Assembly (NCBI GenBank): GCA_020832825.1
Contig: JAJHRL010000002.1
Span: 1 to 58,581 of the forward strand
DNA length: 58,581 bases
Origin: Candidatus Aenigmatarchaeota archaeon
Lineage (GTDB): Archaea; Aenigmatarchaeota; Aenigmatarchaeia; CG10238-14; SpSt-28
Direction: 5' to 3'
Shown here: positions 27,946 through 36,300 of the stretch, one piece after another
Position numbering within the stretch: the first letter of the stretch is position 1
Layout: the number at the start of each line of letters is the position of its first letter
Position numbers and translations under genes: made by a program
The notes under the pieces: model-generated
What the model saw: only the letters and a program-made list of their open reading frames with translations
Database searches by the model: none
What the model was told of the DNA's origin: nothing

Positions 27946-28761
27946 CATATCTGAAAGGTCTTTATTTTCCTTATTTTCCTCTTTTTGTTCTTTTATTTCT
28001 AGTCTACTGCTTTGATCTAGCGATTCTGATCGATTCAAATCGCTGTGAATCGATTTAATTCTTACCCATCCCCTACCATCTTTTTCGAATCGCTCGATTT
28101 CATCACATACTTTTACCATTCTGGATAGTATACCTCTTAGGCCATCTGTTGTTATTCCAAGTTTTTCAGCAAGCTCTTGATAACTAATTTCTCTTCTTTC
28201 TTTGAGAATATCGAGAATTTGTTGCATTTTGGGAGTTAGGGTAGCAGATTTCAATGACGCTACTGTAGATAAAATTTCAGTTTTTATTGGTTCTGGGAGT
28301 GAGGGTGCCATAGTTTTTAGTTTGTTTATTGCTTCTAATAATACTTCAAATCTTTTTTCCTCGCTTCTTTCATGATCCATTAGGATTTCTCTTATGTTGT
28401 GTATTGCTTGTTGTACTTGCTCTATTTTTGGAAGAATGTTCATTGTTATCCATTCTTTGGATGGCATTGAAATTTCTATTCTTTCTATTCCATCTTCTAT
28501 ACTTATTAGTGAGCGTGAGATATAGCCAGCTGCCATGCCAACCTTAAGAGATTCTTTATCGATCGAAATTGTTGGTTTTTCCTCTTTATCGCTAGAGATA
28601 ATTGTCGATTTTAGTGATTCAATCGATTGATTCATCGATTCAGCTCGATTCAAATCGCTATGAATCGATTGATTCATCGATTCAAATCGCTGTGAATCGC
28701 TGAATCGTTCAGGTTGTTTCTCTCCAAATAATATTTTCTTTATAAAAGATATCACGCCCAT
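27940..28761 (-). CDS. Hypothetical protein: terminal SIHSDLNR-ES repeats + C-terminal winged helix
   Basis: wHTH-like ILDILKERREISYQELAEKLGITTDGLRGILSRMV. Repeat peptides ESMNQSIHSDLNRAESMNQSIESL (N-terminal) and SIHSDLNRSESLDQS (C-terminal). Confidence 0.45.
   Translation of the reverse strand: MGVISFIKKILFGEKQPERFSDSQRFESMNQSIHSDLNRAESMNQSIESLKSTIISSDKEEKPTISIDKESLKVGMAAGYISRSLISIEDGIERIEISMPSKEWITMNILPKIEQVQQAIHNIREILMDHERSEEKRFEVLLEAINKLKTMAPSLPEPIKTEILSTVASLKSATLTPKMQQILDILKERREISYQELAEKLGITTDGLRGILSRMVKVCDEIERFEKDGRGWVRIKSIHSDLNRSESLDQSSRLEIKEQKEENKENKDLSDMP
28031..28054. repeat. CGATTCAAATCGCTGTGAATCGAT hairpin-capable repeat (copy near the gene 3' end)
   Basis: 7-bp inverted arms CGATTCA/TGAATCG. 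The same 23-24-mer recurs at 28646-28669 and 28678-28700. Confidence 0.8.
28621..28704. repeat. Cluster of short coding repeats built from CGATTCA / AATCG units
   Basis: Exact 22-mer AATCGATTGATTCATCGATTCA at 28621-28642 and 28663-28684. 23-24-mers at 28646-28669 and 28678-28700. Confidence 0.85.
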
Positions 28762-28837
28762 CTATGTAATTGGTTTTTGTATTTAAATTTGTGTTTTGAA
28801 TTCTCACTTTCATATGTTTGAATTTATCTATTGTTAG

Positions 28838-29135
28838 TATCACACTTTCTAAATTTGCATTTTATTCATGAGGTTAATTACTTTTTGTACTTTCGTTACT
28901 CTGTTATCTCGTATTTTATGTTTAATAATTCTCACATTCCTTTGTAGCTTTTTGTTTAATTTCAATAATTTTTGATGCAAGTTTTTACCTATAGTTTGTA
29001 TCAACTTTAATTCTCTCTTCTTGAATTTTTCTGATGCTTCCTCACATAGAGTTTATTTCTAACTCATCTCACACTGTTTAGAACTTCACTTTCTTGGATT
29101 TTATCTTTAGTTTATTTTATCTTTAGTTCACATCC
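28838..29135 (+). repeat. Same-strand array of five CTCACAY / TCACAY motifs in a 500-bp ORF-free tract
   Basis: TATCACACT 28838, TCTCACATT 28930, CCTCACATA 29040, TCTCACACT 29067, GTTCACATC 29127. Further copies at 29496 and 29601. Inverted TGTGA copies at 27933 and 29648. Confidence 0.6.
29098..29128 (+). repeat. Direct repeat 2 x ATTTTATCTTTAGTT (16-bp period)
   Basis: Read directly: 29098-29112 and 29114-29128. Confidence 0.85.
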
Positions 29136-29260
29136 ACACCATACTATATTTTATAATATTGTGTTTTAAAACTATATTTTATATTATGTATTTTTCAATT
29201 GATTCTTTTTAAATATTTCGCACCAACATATATTTTATAGTATGTAAATGTATTTATATT

Positions 29261-29280
29261 TTTGATACTAAAGTATCAAA
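29261..29280. promoter_or_regulatory. Inverted repeat TTTGATAC-TAAA-GTATCAAA between a TATA-like box and the ATG at 29280
   Basis: 8-bp perfect arms. TGTATTTATATTTTT (29249-29263) lies about 25 nt upstream of ATG 29280, which suggests a leaderless transcript with an operator. Confidence 0.4.
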
Positions 29281-29486
29281 TGTATTTGATTATTTTCCAA
29301 CTTGGAGGTGATTCTTCAACTTTAAAACTAAAGATAAACAGAAAGTTGAAGAAAACTGGCGCAAGGGTGATCCAGAAGTCTGTTTGGACTCATGAGAACG
29401 CTCAAAAATTAATAGAAGTAGCCTCTCTTATAAAGGCTAGAGGAGGAAAGGCAATGGTTTTGGAGGCTAATGTGATTTACGAATGA
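29280..29486 (+). CDS. Small hypothetical protein, Cas2-like beta-alpha-beta-beta-alpha-beta pattern (weak)
   Basis: MYLIIFQLGGDSSTLKLKINRKLKKTGARVIQKSVW...LIEVASLIKARGGKAMVLEANVI resembles the Cas2 pattern (MYivvYDi...v.k.L...g..vQ.SVf...), but the catalytic Asp position reads Gln-Leu. The track ORF starts at TTG 29262. Confidence 0.3.
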   Translation: MYLIIFQLGGDSSTLKLKINRKLKKTGARVIQKSVWTHENAQKLIEVASLIKARGGKAMVLEANVIYE

Positions 29487-29643
29487 TTTATTCACACTGA
29501 AATATATTCTGTAGAATATAAGAATATAAAAACTGAACTGCTAAACAAAAGAGTTTAATTAGAGATAATTGCTCTTATCTCTAGTCGCGACTCGTACCAT
29601 TCACATGAGTTTCAATCTTAAATTCGGAAATGCTAATAAAAAT

Positions 29644-29659
29644 AGGGTGTGATTTATGG
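29644..29659 (+). repeat. Direct repeat copy 2: AGGGTGTGATTTATGG
   Basis: Contains the SD-like GGGTG and the ATG (29656) of the DUF155 gene. See copy 1 at 27929-27945. Confidence 0.7.
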
Positions 29660-30477
29660 AAAGGACAATTTTTTCAGCTTATTGTGTTGCAGACGAGATT
29701 GACATTAAGAGATATTATTCAGATAAATTTGAAAAAGTTTGGAGAAAAAGTTGGGAAGAACCATTGATAGTAGACTTTGGAGAGGGAAGGGCGTATATTT
29801 TTGCTTTTGGAGCGATAGTTCTAGAAAATGTTGGTGATGAAGCAAAAGGAGAAGTGCTAAAGGATTTTAGAAAGTATCTGATAGGTGAGAAAGACAAACA
29901 AGAGACATCTAGATTGAATATAACTCTCGTTGATTCTTGGAAAGAAGTAGAAGGAATACCGCCAAATTTTAAAGGACACATCTTTGTTAAAGATGAAGAT
30001 ATATTTGTCCAGAAGAAAAGTTTCGATGAAGAATTAAAGAAAGTCATTTCATTGGTAGTCGCTCAAGACGCTTCTTTAGCTGCTATAGAGGAAGAAGTCG
30101 AGAAGTTAATTGATTCTGCTAACGAAATAATTTCCTACATAAAAAGACCTGCTATTTTCACGAGAGCAAGCAGAATTTTGGATTTCATAATAAACACGAC
30201 AAAAATTAAGTCTGCAATAATTTCTGATCTAATGTTAATAGAAAGACCAGAAATAGCATCTACTAATCAAAAAGTTCTGAAGACATATTACTCTCTAAGA
30301 GATTTCTTTGAATTTAGATACAGATTGGATGTTTTAAATACGAAATTAAATTACCTAAGTAGTTTGATAGAGTTTGCTACAAGAATTACATATGAAAAAA
30401 GGACAGAACTTCTAGAATTCATAATCGTTTTGTTGTTCGCTGTAGATATTATACTTTATCTTTTTGGTGCTCGATAG
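29656..30477 (+). CDS. DUF155 / RMD1-YagE family protein (COG1723)
   Basis: FSAYCVADEIDIK start, AYIFAFGAIVLENV segment, single C-terminal TM helix (LLEFIIVLLFAVDIILYLFG). Matches the family architecture as recalled. Confidence 0.6.
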   Translation: MERTIFSAYCVADEIDIKRYYSDKFEKVWRKSWEEPLIVDFGEGRAYIFAFGAIVLENVGDEAKGEVLKDFRKYLIGEKDKQETSRLNITLVDSWKEVEGIPPNFKGHIFVKDEDIFVQKKSFDEELKKVISLVVAQDASLAAIEEEVEKLIDSANEIISYIKRPAIFTRASRILDFIINTTKIKSAIISDLMLIERPEIASTNQKVLKTYYSLRDFFEFRYRLDVLNTKLNYLSSLIEFATRITYEKRTELLEFIIVLLFAVDIILYLFGAR

Positions 30478-30694
30478 TTGTTCTGAGGCGAAAGTTAATC
30501 TTTAACTCTTTAGTGTAAATTGAAGTAAAAACAATTCTCTCCAGAGAAAAATTTTGAGAAAAGTTAGAAATCTATTAGAGTATAATAAGCAGAAAAAGTT
30601 CGTTAAGGATGTAAAAATCCGTGTGTAACTTAGTAAAATATTAAAGTAAAGTTTCAAGTATTTGCGTCGATGTATATTTTTTCCTATCAAAAAG

Positions 30695-30708
30695 TATTTA
30701 AAAATATA
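30695..30708 (+). promoter_or_regulatory. TATA-box-like element for nrdD (TATTTAAAAATATA)
   Basis: Centred about 26 nt upstream of ATG 30727, consistent with a leaderless or very short-leader archaeal transcript. Confidence 0.35.
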
Positions 30709-30726
30709 GAGACAACTTAACAAACT

Positions 30727-32601
30727 ATGGTCTTCGAATATACCGATTTTGAGAAAATTGAGAAAGAATATATTGGTGATGGAGATTGGGAAATAAAGGA
30801 GAATGCTAATGAATCTAGAAGCTATGGTAACTTTTTAAGCTACTTGCTTGATAAAACATTAAAGCAACCCTCTATTCTTGAAAAAATTTTTCCAGCGGAA
30901 GGAGTTAAAAAACATGTAGAAGGGGAAATACATATTCATAAGCTTCCTCAGTCTTTGCACATTCCTTACTGTGTCGGATGGTCTTATACGAGATTGCTTC
31001 AAATTGGTTTAAGAACACCGACTCTAATTTCTTCTCCGCCAAAACATTTTGATGCCGCAGTAAACCAGCTTGTTAATTTTATTTTCCTTGCGGCTCAGGA
31101 ATTTTCAGGTGCAATGGCAGTTTCTGCATTCGATTTATTAACCGCACCTTTTGTCAAAAATGATAATCTTACTGACAAACAGATTAAACAATGTTTACAA
31201 AGCATGCTTTTTGAGCTTAATTATCCTTCAAGAATGGGCTTTCAAAGCCCATTTTCAAACATAACAATTTGCTTAGATACATCAAAAGCCTTTAGCGAAT
31301 TGGATGCAATAGTTGGAGGAAAAAAGGTAGGAAGAGTTTCAGATTATTTGGACGAAGCTATCAGAGTTGTTAAACAAATGATTTTATTATACAATGAAGG
31401 AGATTCGAGACATTCTCCATTTACATTTCCAATACCAACTTTAATGATAACAAAGAATTTTGATTGGAACGATAGAAGGTGGGATGGTTTGACTTCTTTA
31501 ATATTTGAAAATCTGGCAAAAAGAGGAACTTTTTACTTGTTAAATGGCTATGTTACGGATGTAGATGCGCTATATGCTATGTGTTGTAGATTAACTATTG
31601 ATGTCAGCAAACTTCAGATAAATAATCATTTTGTTGCCTCTTTACCAGAGCAAAAAGTTTTACCCCAAACTCATGGAACTTGGGTCATCCCTGATGCAAC
31701 TGGCTCAATCGGTGTTATAACAATAAATTTACCAAGACTTGCGTTTTTGAGTAAAGGAGAGGAAGGTAAGTTCGAGGAAATGCTTGAAAAGGATTTGAAA
31801 ATTGCGAGAGAGGTTTTAATGAAGATGAGAGAAAGGTATGAGAGAAGCTTAAAAGCAGGTTTAATGCCAATAACCAAAGTATATTTGGGAGGTTTTTCCA
31901 ATCATTACAACACTTTCGGTTTGGTTGGATTGCCTGAAGCTGCTTCAAACTTTTTGAGAAATTTTGATTTGTGGAAAAATCTGAATGAGAAAGAAGTTTT
32001 AGAAGCTGTTTCTTGGATGAAAAAAGTAATTAGCTTCGTTAGAGAAAAAACAGAAGAGTTCTACAGAAAAGATGGAATCCTTTATAATGTAGAAGAAGTT
32101 CCTGCTGAGAGCACTGCTTATAAAATGGCAAGCTCAGATTTAAGAAGGTTCAAAGATGCTTTTGAAAAGAGAGAATTTTTCATTCCAATGGAGAATGGAG
32201 TTCCATATTACTCAAACTGTATAATTCCATACTATGCTAAATTTTCTATTGCTGAAAGAGCAAAGCTGGAAGGAGAGGTTCAAAAAGAGTTTACAGGTGG
32301 GGTAATGATGCATTTGTTTTTACATGAATCGGTTGATCCAAATGCACTAAAAAAATTGGTTAAGAAAATCGTTGAAAATACAAAAGTTGTTTATTTCAGT
32401 ATTACACCAACAATAAGTACTTGTAGGCATTGTGGATGGAATGAAGTCGGAATTTTTGAGAAATGTCCAAATTGCGGAAAAAATACTGAAATATGGAGCA
32501 GAATTGTTGGTTATTATAGACCAATAAGCAGTTGGAATGTTGGAAAAGTCGCTGAATTTAAGCAAAGAGTTCAATATTCTCAAAGAGAAATTATAGAATG
32601 A
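30727..32601 (+). CDS. nrdD: Anaerobic ribonucleoside-triphosphate reductase (class III)
   Basis: 624 aa. C-terminal Zn site CRHCGW...CPNCG followed by the glycyl-radical motif RIVGYYRP. Confidence 0.9.
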   Translation: MVFEYTDFEKIEKEYIGDGDWEIKENANESRSYGNFLSYLLDKTLKQPSILEKIFPAEGVKKHVEGEIHIHKLPQSLHIPYCVGWSYTRLLQIGLRTPTLISSPPKHFDAAVNQLVNFIFLAAQEFSGAMAVSAFDLLTAPFVKNDNLTDKQIKQCLQSMLFELNYPSRMGFQSPFSNITICLDTSKAFSELDAIVGGKKVGRVSDYLDEAIRVVKQMILLYNEGDSRHSPFTFPIPTLMITKNFDWNDRRWDGLTSLIFENLAKRGTFYLLNGYVTDVDALYAMCCRLTIDVSKLQINNHFVASLPEQKVLPQTHGTWVIPDATGSIGVITINLPRLAFLSKGEEGKFEEMLEKDLKIAREVLMKMRERYERSLKAGLMPITKVYLGGFSNHYNTFGLVGLPEAASNFLRNFDLWKNLNEKEVLEAVSWMKKVISFVREKTEEFYRKDGILYNVEEVPAESTAYKMASSDLRRFKDAFEKREFFIPMENGVPYYSNCIIPYYAKFSIAERAKLEGEVQKEFTGGVMMHLFLHESVDPNALKKLVKKIVENTKVVYFSITPTISTCRHCGWNEVGIFEKCPNCGKNTEIWSRIVGYYRPISSWNVGKVAEFKQRVQYSQREIIE

Positions 32602-33341
32602 AGATTAAAATTGCAAGCATTGTAGAAAATAGCTTGGTTGATGTTATAGGAGAGCCTTCTTTCGTTATTTGGTTTTCAGGTTGCAATTTTAGATGTCCTT
32701 GGTGCTTTGCTCTTCCTTTAGTCGAAGGAGAGGGAAAATTTGTTGAAGTCGATGAAATAATTGAAAAAATTAAGAAAAACTCTTTTGCTATTGAATACGT
32801 TCAAGCTACTGGTGGAGAACCAACTTTACAAATTGATGGTTTAGAAGAATTATTTTCTAAAGTTAAAAAAATTGGTTTAAAATGCAGCTTAGATACAAAT
32901 TCTAGCAATCCTGAAGCTGTTGAAAAGCTTGTAAGAAAAGATTTAATCGATCATTATGCAACTGACATTAAAACAAGACTTAAAGAGAAAGATTACTGGA
33001 AATTAATTGGAGTTAAGATTGAAGGAATAACAGAAAGAATAAAGGAGAGTTTAAAGATTGTTAGAAAAGTTAGATTTGTAGAGATTAGGACGACTTTTGT
33101 TCCATCTTTACTAAAAATTGAAGATATTGAAGAAGCATGGAAAGAAGCTCAGGAAATTGTTGAAAATGCAATCTTTGTACTTCAGCAATTTTATCCATCT
33201 AATGATTTAGTTGATAGAAAGTTTTTAAGCGAGAAAATAGTAGCTCATAGGCAGCTTGTTACGATTGCGGCAAAAATTAAAGAAAAAATTGGATTGAAAA
33301 ATGTTTACGTTAGGAGCAAGGCCGGAATAGAAAAGGTTTGA
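32598..33341 (+). CDS. nrdG: Class III RNR activating enzyme (radical SAM)
   Basis: CNFRCPWC (C-x3-C-x2-C) cluster motif, GGEPTL SAM-binding motif. 4-nt ATGA overlap with nrdD. Confidence 0.85.
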   Translation: MKIKIASIVENSLVDVIGEPSFVIWFSGCNFRCPWCFALPLVEGEGKFVEVDEIIEKIKKNSFAIEYVQATGGEPTLQIDGLEELFSKVKKIGLKCSLDTNSSNPEAVEKLVRKDLIDHYATDIKTRLKEKDYWKLIGVKIEGITERIKESLKIVRKVRFVEIRTTFVPSLLKIEDIEEAWKEAQEIVENAIFVLQQFYPSNDLVDRKFLSEKIVAHRQLVTIAAKIKEKIGLKNVYVRSKAGIEKV

Positions 33342-33345
33342 AGCA

Positions 33346-36300
33346 TCAAATGAGCTCATCAAAAAGCGACGGATATTTGACTCCTTTTTGCATACTATTT
33401 TTTATAATTTCTTTGACCTCCAAATAAATTCCATTCAAAACTTCTTCAAAGTTCTTCTTTCCAGTTTCTATTTTATCCATTTCTTCTTCTAGTCTTTTTG
33501 TTGTTTCTTCATTCAAGTATCTACTGAAATTTTGTTGAGAGAATTGATAGACTTTTGTTCCTAGAGAAGTTGCAATTAGCATGGATTTCTTTATTTCCTT
33601 TACATAATTTCTTCTTTTTAAGATCTCCAAGATTTTTGCATAGGTTGAAGGTCTTCCAATTCCTTTTTCTTTCATCATTGAAACTATTTCTGAGTAACTG
33701 TAAGGATAGAATTTTGGAACAATCTTTTTGTTAATTTCTAAAAATCTAACTTTCCCTTCTTTCAACCCAGAAATGTTCTTTTCTTGTATTCTGAGAATTT
33801 TCGTAAAACCTTCATCTATAATTCTATTAATGAACTCAAACTCTTTTTCTTCGTTTGCAGCAACAAGTTTAAACTTTACCTTCTCAACTTTTGTTGCTTT
33901 CATTTGACTCGCTATAAATCTCCTGAATATTATATCATAGGCTCTGAAATCTTTTTCCGTTAAAGGAGAAGGAAATCTAAGCATTTTCAATCCAATTAAA
34001 TTCTTCAATTTTTGAAGGTCTATTGCTCTAGTTGGTCTTATACATTCGTGGGCGCCTTCAGCTTCCCACTTTCTTCCTTTGAAAAATTCTTCTCCGAAGG
34101 TAGATGAAATGTATTCTTTCGCAATATTTATTCCAACAGCGCTAACTGTTGTACTGCTTGTTCTATGATAAGTTATTAAACCATTTTCAAAAAGTTTTTG
34201 AGCTATTTGCATCGCTTCATTAGCATCAATTTTAAGAGCAGAGGTCAACGAAGAAATCAAAGTATCTGTTGTAAATGGTGGATAAGGATTTAATTCTTCT
34301 TCATAAATTTTGAGATCTCTTATTTCAACAAAACCATTTTCAACAATTTTTTTGTAAGTGCCAATATTTGCCCTAAAGCTTAGCTCTAAACCATTCTCCA
34401 GTTTCAAACTTATTTGCTCTTCTTTTTCTTTTAACTTTCTTGTTCTATCAACAATCCATCCTAAAACTGGAGTTTGTACTCTTCCTGCTGATAATCTATT
34501 GTTTTTGAAAACTTTCCATAAAACTGGAGAAATTCCAAAGCCAATCCATCTATCTTCAACTCTTCTAACAATTTGTGCTTTAACCAAATTCAAATCAAAA
34601 TCTTCCAAATTCTCTAGAACTTTTTGTATTTCCTTTTTTGTAACCTCATGAAATCTAGCTCTTTTTATGCTTTTGTTTAATGGTTTTAGGAGCAAACACA
34701 AATCAAAAGCTATTTTTTCCCCCTCACTATCAGGATCTGTTCCAATAACAACTTCATCAACTAAACTTGCTAACTTCCTCAAAGCTTCTATTCTTGGTTT
34801 TGCATCAACAAATTTTTTACTACCGCAAACACAAACTTCCTCTTCTTCCTCAACTTCTCTACCACAAGCCACACATCTTTTTATTGGTTTAAAGTATGGA
34901 ACAAAAGTTTCTTTTACTTCAACACCAAATAAACCTTCTTTCAAGCTCAAGTCTGTTATATGTCCTTTGCTAGCTGCTATCATTAATAAAGAATTTGCTC
35001 CAAAGACTTCATTAACTTCTAAATCTTGATATTTTTTCTTAGAAGGTTTTCCGAAGAATCTTGCTATTGTTTTAACTTTTGTTGGAGATTCTACTATGAA
35101 CAATCTAGTTTTCAAAGCAATCTTTGTTTCCTCAGCTTTTAGCTTTCCTTCCATTGCAAGCAAGACTTTTCTCCTATCTTCATCAATTTCTTCTATAACT
35201 TTTTTAGTGTCAATTTCTCCAATACTTTTCCATTCAATGTCTTCAAAATATGTTAGTTCTTTTTTCAAAGAGTTGAAAGCTTTTTCTTCATCGACTATAA
35301 CAATGCTTAGACCCCTTGTTACCCCTCCAACATACAATCTGCTTGTTCTTCCGCTTGCTTGAATATAAGCAACAGCATCTGGAATTAAGAAAGTATATTC
35401 TCCTTCTTTATCGCTAAAACTTATTGTTGGCGATTCTCTTATCGCTTTTAAAACATTTTCATCCTTCAAAATTTTTCTGAAAAATTCCATTCCATTTAAC
35501 GCAACTTTCCTCACGAATTCTAGAAATCCTTCCAACATTCTATTTTCGATTAAAGCCCTTCTAACTTCTTCTAAGTCTTCTGTTCTCAAAGTTTTAATTT
35601 TTATCAAATTTGCAACAAGATGTTCATAATCTTTTCTATATTCTTCCTTTATAGCCTGCTGTATGTTGTTCAAGAGCATTAACCATTTTGTCGGATGAAA
35701 CTCCTCTATTCTAATTCTGACAACAAATTTTGGCACACCAGCAAAAATAGCATATCTAATTCTGGCTGGCAAATCTATTCCTCTAACGAGCGGACTTCTT
35801 GTGGTTACCATTCCTATTAAAGCATCTAAATTACCAGTTTTGAAATCTTCAAAAGCTTTTTTATCTGGTTTTAGAAATGCTTTTACCTTTATACCGTTTT
35901 CAATTAAAAATTTCTCCAGATCCTCTGCAAATTCACTACCCTTATCCATTGGTACAAAAATTAGACAACCATCACCAAACTTTTTTACGAGATTGAGAAC
36001 TTCTTCTTTAACGTTTTTGCTTACCGTGAAACAATCGATGATATTCCTACCAAACTCTGGCTTTAAACCAATAGAAAACCCGAATATTGAATTTAAAATT
36101 GCAACGCTTTTTGTTCTTTTCGCTTTTTGAGTAGCACCACTAACAATAAGTTGAGATTCAATTTTTAACTCTTCCCTTAACTTTGAAATTTCCGAAATCG
36201 CTTGTTTAAATTCAATCTTTTTTTCAAAAACCTCTTCAACTAAGCTTTTAATCTTTTCAGGAAGTTTGATCATTTTTAAAACATATCTTATGGCTTTACT

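Noticed and set aside
27942-28058. 38-codon hydrophobic plus-strand ORF (MAYLKGLYFPYFPLFVLLFLVYCFDLAILIDSNRCESI) preceded by the same AGGGTGTGA-TTTATGG context as the DUF155 gene
   Set aside because: It is entirely antisense to the 3' end of the 273-aa gene and very short. The shared upstream context is better explained as one copy of the direct repeat discussed in the findings.
28621-28704. Short repeated 22-24-mers that might be mistaken for a mini CRISPR array
   Set aside because: The repeats are contiguous or overlapping with no spacer-sized unique segments. They lie inside an intact ORF and translate to a repeated peptide. No cas1/cas2 core genes are adjacent.
28762-29261. Chromosomal replication origin
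   Set aside because: There is no orc1/cdc6 gene nearby, and I found no ORB or mini-ORB-like elements with a G-string. The repeats are short and of a different type. A small-replicon iteron region remains possible and is reported as a finding instead.
30502-30723. 73-aa minus-strand ORF in the DUF155-nrdD spacer
   Set aside because: It has a low-complexity hydrophobic composition and no start context. It covers the nrdD promoter region (TATA-like box at 30695-30708). It is most likely non-coding.
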